Source: Myxococcota bacterium (lineage in GTDB: Bacteria > Myxococcota_A > UBA796 > UBA2385). Taken from it: a DNA stretch of 64,000 nucleotides. Shown here in pieces: positions 27,238 to 36,771 of the stretch; position 1 is the first letter of the stretch, and the number at the start of each line of letters is the position of its first letter. The position numbers were made by a program, and so were the translations under genes. The DNA lies in contig JBIJDH010000015.1 in NCBI GenBank assembly GCA_044344255.1, forward strand, positions 1-64,000, given 5' to 3'. The notes beneath the pieces are model-generated. The model had not been told where the DNA came from, did no database searches, and saw only the letters and a program-made list of their open reading frames with translations.

Positions 27238-28947
27238 ATGAACCGTGAGCCCCTGCTGCCCGCGTGGCTACGCGACCTCAAGCTCCGCTACCTCTCGGGG
27301 GAGGCGAGCATGTTCCTCGTGCACGGCAACGTGCGCGACGTCTACCCCTGGGAGGGGCCCGACGGCCGGACGACCTACCTCCCCTTGCGGCAGCTGCTCG
27401 ACCAGTTCTTCGGCCGCAGCAAGGACGTGGTGGTCTACTACAACCTCAGCGAGGGGGTCGAGCACCCCGACAAGGTGACCGAGAAGCGGTTCACTACCGC
27501 GCTCAACGCGCGCCTCGCCCTCAAGGGGGAGGTGTGGGACGGCGAGCTGCCGCGCCGGCCCTCCGAGATCCTCCCCCTGCTCGAAGAGCTGGTGATGGAC
27601 GCCGGCCTGCGCATGTCGCTGGTGATTGACTACGCCGAGATGGTGGTGCCCAACGGTGATCTCTCCTTCATGGGCGACACCGACAAGGGCAACCTCGTCA
27701 CGCTGCAGCGCTGGTCGAACGACCCGGCCCTGCTCCAGTCCGACAACATCATCGTGCTCGTGGCTGAGAACCTCGCCGACGTCAACCGGCGCCTCGTGTC
27801 GAGCGCCACCTTGGCCGCCGTCTCCGTCTCGCTGCCCGACCAGGAGGAGCGCCTCGCGTTCATCCAGGCCACCGATCGGCGGGGCATCACGGTCGAGATG
27901 GACGATCTGGGCCTGTCCAAGATCACGGCGGGCTTGTCGCTGGTGCAGATCCGCGGCCTCTTTCGCCGCGCCCGGCAGGCGGCTGAGCCCATCACCTACC
28001 GCAGCGTCTCGGCGCGCAAGAAGAACATCATCGAGCAGGAGTGTCATGGGCTCGTCGAGTTCGTGAGCCCAAACCATGATTTCTCGCATGTGGGGGGCCA
28101 GAGTCGTCTGAAAGAAGACCTCCTTCGGGTGGCCACCGCCATCAAGAAGGGGCAGGCCAACCGGGTGCCGATGGGCATCATCTTCGTGGGCCCGATGGGC
28201 ACGGGCAAGACCTTCATCGCCGAGGCCTTCGCCGCCGAGAGCGGGCTGACCTGCCTCAAATTCAAGAACTTCCGCGAGAAGTGGGTGGGTTCGACCGAGG
28301 GGAACCTCGAGAAGATCCTCCAAGTGGTGGATGGGCTCGGCTACGTGCTGCTCATCCTCGATGAGGCCGATCGCAGCATGGGCTCGTCGTCGGACGGCGA
28401 CGGCGGCACCTCCAGCCGGGTCATCGCGCGGCTGAAGGAGTTCATGAGCGACACCTCGCACCGCGGTCGGGTGGTCATCCTGATGATGACGAACCGCCCC
28501 GACAAGCTCGACACCGACCTCAAGCGCCCCGGCCGCTTCGACCTCAAGATCCCCTTCTTCTTCCCGGAGTCGGTCGAGGAGCGCCAGAACGTGATGCTGG
28601 CGGTGCTGCGGAAGGCCAAGGTCCGCTTCGATCCCGCCGCAGACCTCGGCCCCGCCGCCGTGGCCACCGATGGCTACTCCGCCGCGGAGCTCGAGGCCGT
28701 CGTGCTCGCCGCGGTGGGTCGGGCCAATGACGCCGATCGGGACGTGGTGGCCGGCGAAGATATCGCCGCCGCCGTCTCCGACGTCATCCCCAGCCGCGAC
28801 ACGCGGATGCTGGAGTTCATGGAGATGCTGGCGGTCTTCGAGTCCTCCTCGCGCCGGATGTTGCCGGAGCGCTTCCAGGCGATGCGCACCGATGAGGTCC
28901 ACGCTCGCCTCGACGTGCTGCGGGCCGCGCTCGGGCACCGCGTCTGA
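27238..28947 (+). CDS. AAA+ ATPase (SpoVK/Ycf46/Vps4-like)
   Basis: Walker A GPMGTGKT, Walker B LLILDE, sensor 1 MTNRP, Arg finger RPGRFD; N-terminal FLVHGNVRD degenerate AAA-like domain. Confidence 0.92.
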   Translation: MNREPLLPAWLRDLKLRYLSGEASMFLVHGNVRDVYPWEGPDGRTTYLPLRQLLDQFFGRSKDVVVYYNLSEGVEHPDKVTEKRFTTALNARLALKGEVWDGELPRRPSEILPLLEELVMDAGLRMSLVIDYAEMVVPNGDLSFMGDTDKGNLVTLQRWSNDPALLQSDNIIVLVAENLADVNRRLVSSATLAAVSVSLPDQEERLAFIQATDRRGITVEMDDLGLSKITAGLSLVQIRGLFRRARQAAEPITYRSVSARKKNIIEQECHGLVEFVSPNHDFSHVGGQSRLKEDLLRVATAIKKGQANRVPMGIIFVGPMGTGKTFIAEAFAAESGLTCLKFKNFREKWVGSTEGNLEKILQVVDGLGYVLLILDEADRSMGSSSDGDGGTSSRVIARLKEFMSDTSHRGRVVILMMTNRPDKLDTDLKRPGRFDLKIPFFFPESVEERQNVMLAVLRKAKVRFDPAADLGPAAVATDGYSAAELEAVVLAAVGRANDADRDVVAGEDIAAAVSDVIPSRDTRMLEFMEMLAVFESSSRRMLPERFQAMRTDEVHARLDVLRAALGHRV

Positions 28948-28954
28948 TGGGCGC

Positions 28955-29629
28955 TTGATCCTGCTCCTGTCGCTGGTGCTCGGCTGCTCCGCTTGGACGG
29001 GCGGGGCGCCGGAGCTCCCGACGGGGCGGGTGGGCCGCCCCTGGTACCGCATCGGAGACGAGGCTTACCAGTCGGCGGGGCAGGCCACCCTCCTCGAGGT
29101 GGGGGGGCGCCGCCTCGTCGTCACCGCGCTCTCCAACTTTGGGTCCGAAGGCGGGCTCGACCCCGCTTGGTCGGCGGAGGAGGCCCTCCGGCGGGTGGAG
29201 GTCGGCGGCCTGTCCGACTTCGACGCCCAGACCGTCTTCGCCCTCAGCGCAGGCGGGCTGCTGGCCCTGCCCCCGGCGCCCTCGGCCGTCGATGATGTCG
29301 TGGCCTTCGAGGTCTCCGCCGGGCCGGCCTTGCAGCTCTCTCCGGCTCCGCTCGGCGTGGGCGACGCGCTCTGGCTCGCCGCCGAGCTCGGAGAGGCGCC
29401 CGGGCTGCGGCTCGCAGCGGCGCGGGTCACGGGGGTCGAGGGGGCTGCGGTGACGGTGGAGCTCCGGACCGCGGAGCCCCTCGAAGGGTCCGCCGGCGCC
29501 CCCCTCCTCGACGCCGAGGGCCGGGTGCGCGGCCTGATGACGGGCTCCACCGTCGACGAGGGGGCTCCGGGCCGCCTCCGGGCTGCGAGCGCGGTGGCCC
29601 TCCTGCCCCGCCTGACGAATCTCAGGTGA
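28955..29629 (+). CDS. Lipoprotein with degenerate trypsin-like fold
   Basis: TTG start, LILLLSLVLGC lipobox; VVTALSN and EGSAGAPLLDAEGRVRGL resemble trypsin-like motifs lacking His/Ser. Confidence 0.55.
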   Translation: MILLLSLVLGCSAWTGGAPELPTGRVGRPWYRIGDEAYQSAGQATLLEVGGRRLVVTALSNFGSEGGLDPAWSAEEALRRVEVGGLSDFDAQTVFALSAGGLLALPPAPSAVDDVVAFEVSAGPALQLSPAPLGVGDALWLAAELGEAPGLRLAAARVTGVEGAAVTVELRTAEPLEGSAGAPLLDAEGRVRGLMTGSTVDEGAPGRLRAASAVALLPRLTNLR

Positions 29630-29711
29630 CCCGCGACGCCTCGCCGCGTGCGGGGCGTGGATTGGGATAGACGCCCAGCGCTGCGCGTGGCCGCGCTCCG
29701 GAGGTCCTCGC

Positions 29712-30746
29712 TTGTTCTGGGCACACTTTCGTTGGTCGATCATCCTCTCCCTCGGCTGCCTCGGCCTCGCCGCCTGGTGGGGCACCTCGGGGAGCCTCGG
29801 TGTGCTCTCCGCGGTCTGGATCACGCTCGTGCTGGGCGTGATGGAGGTCACGCTCTCCTTCGACAACGCGGTCGTCAACGCCGCGGTGCTGCGTGAGATG
29901 GACGAGCGCTGGCGCACCCTGTTCCTCACGGTCGGCATCCTGATCGCCGTCTTCGGCATGCGGCTCGTGTTCCCGGTGCTGATCGTCTCGATCGCCACCG
30001 GGGAGGGGCTGATCGACGTCGCCAAGCTGGCGCTGAACGACCCTGCCGCCTACTCCGCCCAGCTGACCGCCAACCACGTCGGCATCGCGGCCTTTGGTGG
30101 GATGTTCCTGCTGCTCGTGGCGCTCTCCTTCCTCTTTGACCACGAGCGGGAGCTTCACTGGCTCGGGAAGATGGAGCGGATGCTCTCGCGCATCGGCAAG
30201 CTCGACGCTGCGCACGTCGTCGTCGGGCTGATCACGCTGCTGGTCGCCTTCCTGCTGCTGCCGCTCTCTACCGCCGAGCAGGTCACCTTCCTGGTCGCCG
30301 GGGTGGGCGGCATCATCCTCTACGTGCTGGTCGACAGCGTCGATCTCCTCTTCGAGACGGAGGGAGCGGGGGCCACCGCCAAGCGAGCGGGCCTCGCGGG
30401 CTTCCTCTACCTCGAGGTGCTCGACGCCTCCTTCTCCTTCGACGGGGTCATCGGCGCCTTCGCGATCACCCAGGACGTGGTCATCATCATGCTCGGCCTC
30501 GGCATCGGGGCCCTCTGGGTGCGGTCGCTCACCGTCTACCTCGTCAATCGCGGCACCCTCGAACAGTACGTCTTCCTCGAGCACGGCGCGCACTACGCCA
30601 TCGGCGCCCTCGCGGTGATCATGCTGCTCAGCATCCGGGTGCACATCCCCGAGGTGGTGACCGGCCTCATCGGCGTCGCCTTCATCGGCCTCGCGGTGCT
30701 GTCCTCGATCCGGCACCAGAAGAAGCTGGACGCCGAAGGCGGCTGA
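29712..30746 (+). CDS. DUF475 / TerC-related integral membrane protein
   Basis: EVTLSFDNAVVNA, GILIAVFGMRLVFP, YLEVLDASFSFDGVIGAFA, YVFLEHGAHYAIG. Confidence 0.92.
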   Translation: MFWAHFRWSIILSLGCLGLAAWWGTSGSLGVLSAVWITLVLGVMEVTLSFDNAVVNAAVLREMDERWRTLFLTVGILIAVFGMRLVFPVLIVSIATGEGLIDVAKLALNDPAAYSAQLTANHVGIAAFGGMFLLLVALSFLFDHERELHWLGKMERMLSRIGKLDAAHVVVGLITLLVAFLLLPLSTAEQVTFLVAGVGGIILYVLVDSVDLLFETEGAGATAKRAGLAGFLYLEVLDASFSFDGVIGAFAITQDVVIIMLGLGIGALWVRSLTVYLVNRGTLEQYVFLEHGAHYAIGALAVIMLLSIRVHIPEVVTGLIGVAFIGLAVLSSIRHQKKLDAEGG

Positions 30747-30811
30747 GGGGCGGTCGGCGCTTGCCCGAGGTCGCAGAAGGGGGCAAGGTCAGCGCACCAC
30801 CGTGAGCGCCC

Positions 30812-31414
30812 ATGAAGCCCCTGCACCGCCCCGATCTCTTTTGCTGGTCCGCCTTCGATGAGGCGCGGAACGTCGACTTCAACGGCTACCTCTGGGTCCG
30901 CCCGGAGGGGAACGTCGCTGTGGACCCCATGCCCCTCTCGGCGCACGACCGCGCCCACATGGCGGCGCTCGGCGGCTGCGCGCTCGTCGTGGTCACCAAT
31001 TCCGACCACTGCCGCGGTGTCCTGGACCTCGTCGCCTGGAGCGGGGCCGAGCTCGCCGGGCCCCTGGCCGAGCGGGAGGGCTTCCCGCTCCCCGCCACTC
31101 GCTGGCTCGGCGAGGGCGATGAGGTGGTGCCCGGGCTCCGGGTGCTGGTGATGGAGGGGTCGAAGACGCCGGGCGAGCTCGCGCTGCTGCTCGAGGGGAC
31201 GACCCTGCTCACCGGCGACCTCGTCCGGGCCCACGTCGCCGACCGCCTCAACCTCCTGCCCCCCGAAAAGCTCGCCGACCGCGCCGCCGCGGTGGCCTCC
31301 GTCCGTCGCCTCGCCGCGCTGCCCGACCTCGACGCCGTGCTGGTGGGGGACGGCTGGCCGGTCTTTCGCCAGGGTGGCCTGCTCCTCCGTGAGCTCGCCG
31401 CTCGCCTCGGCTGA
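30812..31414 (+). CDS. Metallo-beta-lactamase-fold protein with degenerate metal motif
   Basis: DFNGYLW..NVAVDP, VVTNSDHCR, KTPGELAL, LLTGDL, VLVGDG. Confidence 0.8.
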   Translation: MKPLHRPDLFCWSAFDEARNVDFNGYLWVRPEGNVAVDPMPLSAHDRAHMAALGGCALVVVTNSDHCRGVLDLVAWSGAELAGPLAEREGFPLPATRWLGEGDEVVPGLRVLVMEGSKTPGELALLLEGTTLLTGDLVRAHVADRLNLLPPEKLADRAAAVASVRRLAALPDLDAVLVGDGWPVFRQGGLLLRELAARLG

Positions 31415-31417
31415 TCG

Positions 31418-32746
31418 ATGTCCTCCCCGACGAAGCCCTGCCGCCCGGCGCCCCTCGCCCTGGCGCTGCTCCTCGGCTGCGGGGGGCGGCCCGTCGTGGT
31501 CATCGTCGGCGGCGGTCCGGCCGGGCTCGCCGCTGCCGTGGAGCTCGAGGGCGCGGCCGAGGTCTCCGTCTATGAGCGCGCCGACTGGCTCGGCGGGGCC
31601 GCGGTCTACGCTGACGCCATCACCGCGCTGCCCGACCAGGCTGCCCTCGCCCGCTGGGACGCCGCCGCCGGCGGCCCCCATCCGGCGCGGGCTCGTTACG
31701 CCGAGAAGGTGCAGCCGGACGTCGTGGACTGGCTTGGCGCGATGGGCACGGAGTGGGAGCCGGCCTGGAACCCGCTCGACGACGGGCTGGCCCTCCGACG
31801 CCCGCGCGGCGGCGGGGCGGGGCTGGTCTCCACCCTCCAGGCCCGCGCCGCGCAGGCCGGGGCGAGCCTGCGGACCGGCGCGAGGGTCACCGCCATCCGC
31901 CGGCCCGGGCGCTTTGAGCTCGACGTGGCCGGCCTCACCGTCGAGGCCGACGCCGTGCTGCTCGCGACCGGGGGCTTCATGGGTGACCTCGAGCGGGTGC
32001 GGGCGGCCCTCGGCATTGCCCCCGAGGTGGGCCTCCTCCGCGGCGCCCCCGAGACCGCGGATGGAGCTGGCATCGAGCTCGGCGTCGCCCTGGGCGGCGT
32101 GTCGGTGAAGCCGGCCCAGGCCATCCTCTACGCGCACGCCACCCCGGACGCTGAGGGCCGCGCGCTGATGGTGGTCGACGGTCGAGAGGCGTGGACGGTC
32201 TCGACGGAGGGCGCGCCGCTGCCGGGCCTGCTCTCTCCCCGCGGCGACTCCGGCCAGGCCTTGATCTCCGCGCCCGGGGGGCGGGCCTGGATGGTCGTCG
32301 ATGGCCCCGCCCTCGGGCGCCTCAGCCTCTTCGACTGGGAGGCCTTGCGGATGCTGCCGGCCCGGCCCCTGCTGGATCCCGCGCGCCAGGCGAGCAGCCT
32401 GACGGAGCTCGCGGGGCGCCTCGGCCTCCCCGAAGCGGGCCTCCTCGCCGGTCGCTGCGCCGAGGGGGGGCGGGCCAGCGCCGAGCGCCCCCTCTGTGAG
32501 CCCCCCTTCGCCGCCTTCCCGCTGCTGCCCTCCACCGCCAAGTCGCTCACCGGCCTCGCCGCCGACCTCGACGGCCACGTGCTCGACGCCGGCGGGCAGC
32601 CCGTCGCCGGCCTCTACGCCGCCGGGGAGCTCGTGGGCTTCGGCGAGCCCTATGGCGGCGTGCCAGTAGACAGCACGATGGTGGCGGGCGCCATCCTCAG
32701 CGGGCGGCGCGCGGCCGCCACCCTCCGCGCCGAGCTCAGCCCTTGA
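31418..32746 (+). CDS. FAD-dependent oxidoreductase (FAD_binding_2 / flavocytochrome c flavin subunit-like)
   Basis: VVIVGGGPAGLAAA, VLLATGGF, GLYAAGELVG, GAILSGRRAA; N-terminal LALLLGC. Confidence 0.85.
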   Translation: MSSPTKPCRPAPLALALLLGCGGRPVVVIVGGGPAGLAAAVELEGAAEVSVYERADWLGGAAVYADAITALPDQAALARWDAAAGGPHPARARYAEKVQPDVVDWLGAMGTEWEPAWNPLDDGLALRRPRGGGAGLVSTLQARAAQAGASLRTGARVTAIRRPGRFELDVAGLTVEADAVLLATGGFMGDLERVRAALGIAPEVGLLRGAPETADGAGIELGVALGGVSVKPAQAILYAHATPDAEGRALMVVDGREAWTVSTEGAPLPGLLSPRGDSGQALISAPGGRAWMVVDGPALGRLSLFDWEALRMLPARPLLDPARQASSLTELAGRLGLPEAGLLAGRCAEGGRASAERPLCEPPFAAFPLLPSTAKSLTGLAADLDGHVLDAGGQPVAGLYAAGELVGFGEPYGGVPVDSTMVAGAILSGRRAAATLRAELSP

Positions 32747-35271
32747 CCCACCCCGAGGGAGGTGAGCCGGCGCCCGTGTGGAGGGATCGCGCCCTCCAGG
32801 CCATCGGCCTCAGCCTCCTCCTCCCGACCGCGCTCTGGGCCCCCGACGCGCTGCTCGGCCGCTCGGTCTTCTGGGTCCACGACCTCAAGCACCACCACCT
32901 GCCCTGGCGGGTCTGGGCGGCCGGGGAGTGGCTCGCGCTCCGGGTCCCCCTCTGGGCGCCCGAGGTCGCCAATGGCTTCCCCTTGATGGCCGACGGGCAG
33001 GCTGGGGTCTTCTACCCGCCCAACGTGCTCTTCTTCGGCTTGATCGACCCTGGTTATGGGCTCGGGCTCTCCCTCCTCGGCCACCTCTGGTGGGCCGCCT
33101 TCGGCGCCGCGGCCCTGGCCCGCGCGCGGGGGAGGAGCCCGGCCGCCTCGCTGTTCGCGGGGGTCGCCTGGGGCTTCTCGGGCCTGCTCGCCACGCACGC
33201 CCTCTACCTCGGCATGCTGCACGTCCTCGCCTGGCTGCCCTGGCTGCTGCGGGCGGTCTACCGGCAGTCTTGGGGCCTCGCCGGCCTGATCGGCGGCCTC
33301 CTCTGTGTCGCCGGGCACCCCCAAGCGGCGGTCATCGGGCTCCTGCTCACGCTCGCCTTGGGGGGAGAGGTGGCCTGGCGGCGCCGTGAACCGCGCGCGC
33401 TCATCGGCCTCCTCGGGGCCATGCTGCTGTCCCTGTGCCTCGCGGCCCCCCAGATCATCGCCACCCTCGAGCTGCAGGGGGCCTCGATGCGGGAGGGCGG
33501 GGTGAGCGCGGAATTCGCCAACATCGGGAGCCTGCCACCCCAGGAGCTGGTCAACGGCCTCCTCCCTCGGTTCTTTGGCTTTGACCGGCCCGTGGACGTG
33601 CCCGAGACCTACTTCCACCGCGGCCCGGGCTACTGGGGCTCGGGCGAGAACCACTGGGAGATGGCCTTCTACCTGGGTGTGCCGGCGCTGCTGCTCGCGG
33701 CCGTGGGCCTCCGTCGGAGCCGCTTCTGGGGTGGGGTGGCCCTCGTCTGCCTGCTGCTGATGCTCGGCGGGAAGGGGCCGCTGTGGCCGATCGTCCGCCA
33801 CCTGCCGGTGCTCGACGGCCTGCGCTTCCCCGTGCGCTTCTCGATCGGCCTCACGATGGCCACGGCCCTGCTCGCCGCCGAGGGCCTCGACGCCGCGCTG
33901 GCCTTGGGCTTGGGGCCCCGCCGCCGCCTCGCCGGCCGCCTCGCCCTCGCCGGCCTCACCCTCGCGGTCGGGCTGGCCGTCCTCGGCGTCGGGGTCCGCC
34001 TCGCCGAAGATCCGCTGCGGAGCTTGCTCAGCGGCCACTTTGAGCGTCAGGTGGCGCGCGAGGCCTCGCGGCCGCCGCCGCCCGACCTCGGGCCCCTGCT
34101 GCGGGCGGCGCTGCCCGGCCCCGAGCTGGAGGACCCTGCCCGCATCCCCGCGAAGGTGGAGCGCATCGTCGCCTCGCTCCAGGACAGCACCGATCCCCGG
34201 TCGGCCGCCTTCTTCGGCCCCGTCCTCCTCGCCCTCGCGATGGCGCTCGGCCTCACCGTGGGCGGCCGGCGGGCGGGCTACGGGGCCGCCTTTGCCCTCA
34301 GCGGGCTGCTCTACCTCGACCTCGCGGCCTTCGGCGCGGAGTATCAGGGGCGGGTGCCGCGGGAGGAGTACGACCGGCCCCCGCCCGCCCTCCCCCTGCT
34401 CACCCGCGCCCTTGAGCCCGAGGCCGGGGAGGCCGGCCCCCGGGAGCGGCAGACCGTCGTCGATCGACGGCAAGCGCCTCGCCTCGACGCCGCCTTGCTC
34501 TCCGCGAGCCTCGGCCTCGGCTATGGGCTGCGCGACGTGATCCTCACGAGCCCGCTGCTGATGGTGCGGAACGAGGCCCTGCTCGCTACGGCGGGCCTGG
34601 ACGTGGGAGACAAGGGGGAGGTGAAGGTCGAGCGCCTCGCCCGCCACCCCGCCCTCGTCGATCTGCTGGGCCTCCGCTACCTCCTCTCGGTCCACGATCT
34701 GGGCGCCGCCGGCTACGCCGAGATGCCCCTCGACGCCGCCCCGGTGCGCCTCTTCGAGAACCCAGACCCCCTGCCTTCGGCCTTCCTCGTCGACTGCGCC
34801 GTCATCTCGGAGGAGCCGCTCGCCGCCCTCGACGCGGTCGACCTCCGGCGTGTGGCGGTGTTCGAAGAGCCACCACCGCCCCTGCCCTGCGGAGAGGGCC
34901 CCGTCGGCGAAGCCGCGCTCACCGTGCTCGGCCCGGGAGCCCTCGACATCACCGTGCGCGCTCGGCGCGCGGCGCTGCTCGTCCAGACCGACTCCTGGTA
35001 CCCCGGCTGGGAGGCCGAGGTGGACGGGGTGCCTGCGACGCTCTACAGGGTGAACCTGTTGTTTCGTGGGATAGCCGTGCCAGCGGGGGAGCACGAGGTC
35101 CGCCTCCGCTACCGCCCCCCCGCGGTGCGCGCCGGCCTCGGGCTCTCGCTGCTCACCCTCTCGGGCTTGGCGCTGGCGCTCCTGGCTTGGGGCGCCTCAC
35201 GGCGCAGGGGGCTCGGCGGCCGCGGGGGCGCCGATGCCCAGCCGGTCGAGCAGGGTCACCACCCAGGGTGA
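32743..35271 (+). CDS. YfhO-family polytopic membrane protein (GT-C-like)
   Basis: PLWAPEVANGFPLMADGQAGVFYP, AGHPQ, LRFPVRF, DSWYPGWEAEVDG, RVNLLFRGIAVPAGEHEVRLRYRP. Confidence 0.85.
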   Translation: MTHPEGGEPAPVWRDRALQAIGLSLLLPTALWAPDALLGRSVFWVHDLKHHHLPWRVWAAGEWLALRVPLWAPEVANGFPLMADGQAGVFYPPNVLFFGLIDPGYGLGLSLLGHLWWAAFGAAALARARGRSPAASLFAGVAWGFSGLLATHALYLGMLHVLAWLPWLLRAVYRQSWGLAGLIGGLLCVAGHPQAAVIGLLLTLALGGEVAWRRREPRALIGLLGAMLLSLCLAAPQIIATLELQGASMREGGVSAEFANIGSLPPQELVNGLLPRFFGFDRPVDVPETYFHRGPGYWGSGENHWEMAFYLGVPALLLAAVGLRRSRFWGGVALVCLLLMLGGKGPLWPIVRHLPVLDGLRFPVRFSIGLTMATALLAAEGLDAALALGLGPRRRLAGRLALAGLTLAVGLAVLGVGVRLAEDPLRSLLSGHFERQVAREASRPPPPDLGPLLRAALPGPELEDPARIPAKVERIVASLQDSTDPRSAAFFGPVLLALAMALGLTVGGRRAGYGAAFALSGLLYLDLAAFGAEYQGRVPREEYDRPPPALPLLTRALEPEAGEAGPRERQTVVDRRQAPRLDAALLSASLGLGYGLRDVILTSPLLMVRNEALLATAGLDVGDKGEVKVERLARHPALVDLLGLRYLLSVHDLGAAGYAEMPLDAAPVRLFENPDPLPSAFLVDCAVISEEPLAALDAVDLRRVAVFEEPPPPLPCGEGPVGEAALTVLGPGALDITVRARRAALLVQTDSWYPGWEAEVDGVPATLYRVNLLFRGIAVPAGEHEVRLRYRPPAVRAGLGLSLLTLSGLALALLAWGASRRRGLGGRGGADAQPVEQGHHPG

Positions 35272-36153
35272 CAGCAGCACGAAGTAGAAGGAGAGCATGC
35301 CCCAGGAGAACATCCCGAGGTCCATCGTGGCGGCGATGCCGAAGTGCAGGCCCACACCGAAGAGGGCCCACCACCGCCGCCAGGGCGTGAGCAGCAGCGG
35401 GGATGACAGCTCGAAGGCGATGGTGGCCCAGCCGCCGAGGCGCCAGAGCCAGGGCAGGCCCTCGGCCCAGACGGGGTCGACCACGCCGGCCATCGGATCG
35501 GTGAGGATGCGGTAGAGCACCGGCGTGCCCTGCACAGAGAGCCAACCCGGCTGCTGGATGAGCTTGGCGGTGCCGGCCGAGAGGTAGATGAGCACGAGCA
35601 GCCAGCGGATCAGCAGCTCGGGCCAGGCGGGCATCCATCGGGACACCGCGAAGCGCGCCCGGCCGATCAGGGGCCCGAGGCTCAGCCGATAGAAGACGGG
35701 GCTCACCGCCACGATGAGGAGGAGGCAGCGGAGGGCGCGGTCGATGCCGCGGTCGCCCGTGGAGTAGAGGTGGCCGAGCTGCGCGTACGCGAGCACGCCG
35801 AGCAGCACGTTCAGGCGACCGCCGAGGCCGAGCATCGTGAGCACGAAGGAGGTGAGGGTGAACCAGAAGAGCAGCGGCCCCGCCTCTGTCCCGAGGTAGT
35901 CCCCGGCCACCCAGCCCGGGTCTTGAAACTTGGAGAGGCCCCCTTGTTCGTAGGTGTGAAAGAGGTGCGGCACCAGCCCGAGCGCGGCCACTCGGACGAG
36001 GTCGACCACGAGGCAGAGACAGGCGCTGATCCGCACCAGCGCGAAGGGACGGCTGTCGACCGGGCGGTGAACCTGCTCCATCCACGCCCCCCAGAGGCGA
36101 CGGAGGGGGCCTGGGGGGCTCCAGGGGGGAGGGCTCACGGGGGAGAGGCTCAT
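35197..36153 (-). CDS. HTTM-domain membrane protein
   Basis: FALVRI, IYLSAGTAKL..W, TIAFEL, LHFGIAATMDLGMFS; multiple TM helices. Confidence 0.8.
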   Translation of the reverse strand: MSLSPVSPPPWSPPGPLRRLWGAWMEQVHRPVDSRPFALVRISACLCLVVDLVRVAALGLVPHLFHTYEQGGLSKFQDPGWVAGDYLGTEAGPLLFWFTLTSFVLTMLGLGGRLNVLLGVLAYAQLGHLYSTGDRGIDRALRCLLLIVAVSPVFYRLSLGPLIGRARFAVSRWMPAWPELLIRWLLVLIYLSAGTAKLIQQPGWLSVQGTPVLYRILTDPMAGVVDPVWAEGLPWLWRLGGWATIAFELSSPLLLTPWRRWWALFGVGLHFGIAATMDLGMFSWGMLSFYFVLLSPWVVTLLDRLGIGAPAAAEPPAP

Positions 36154-36743
36154 CGGGTGGCCTCGAGCTTCCAGTCGGGGGCGCGGGCCACCCAGCCGTG
36201 GTGCGCCTTGGCGTTGACCCCGGGGAAGCGGCCGCTGGTGAACACGATCTCCACCGCCTGGGCGTCGGGGTGATCGGCGCGGGCGAGGTCGCGGATATAG
36301 CGGGTGAGGCCGGCGGCGTTCCGCGCCTTGGCCTTCATGGCGGTGGTCTCCACCATCGGGCGCACACGACGGTTGTCGAGGCGGGCGGTCTGCCAGCGGT
36401 GGTCAGGGTCTTCGCTCCGATAGAGGAGCTCGCCGTCGACCCGCACCTCCATTCGCCGCACCATCGAGGGGCCGTCCCGATAGAGGTGCCAGCTCTGTCG
36501 GATACGAAAGACCTTCTGCGGCCAGCCGACCTTGGCCACCAGCGGCAGTCGGAGCTCCCGGTTCAGGGTGTGGAGGACCGCGAAGAGCGGGCCGTCCTGG
36601 GGGCTCGCCTCGCCGCCGCCCTCGTCGTCAGCGCTGCCGCCGCCGACGAAGTCGAGCACCGGGGTGCCGACGAGGCCCGTCCACAGCATCACGAGCAGGA
36701 CGGCGAGCCCGGTGAGGTGCTGTGAGGGGGTAGAGTCGGGCAT
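36150..36743 (-). CDS. Hypothetical membrane-anchored partner of the HTTM protein
   Basis: N-terminal hydrophobic helix, RIRQSWHLY motif; stop overlaps the HTTM ATG (ATGA). Confidence 0.65.
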   Translation of the reverse strand: MPDSTPSQHLTGLAVLLVMLWTGLVGTPVLDFVGGGSADDEGGGEASPQDGPLFAVLHTLNRELRLPLVAKVGWPQKVFRIRQSWHLYRDGPSMVRRMEVRVDGELLYRSEDPDHRWQTARLDNRRVRPMVETTAMKAKARNAAGLTRYIRDLARADHPDAQAVEIVFTSGRFPGVNAKAHHGWVARAPDWKLEATR

Positions 36744-36771
36744 CCGGGCCACGTATCGCATAGGGGGGCGG

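Noticed and set aside
25615..28947. Prophage or eCIS locus
   Set aside because: No capsid, terminase, sheath, tube, baseplate or integrase genes, and composition matches the host.
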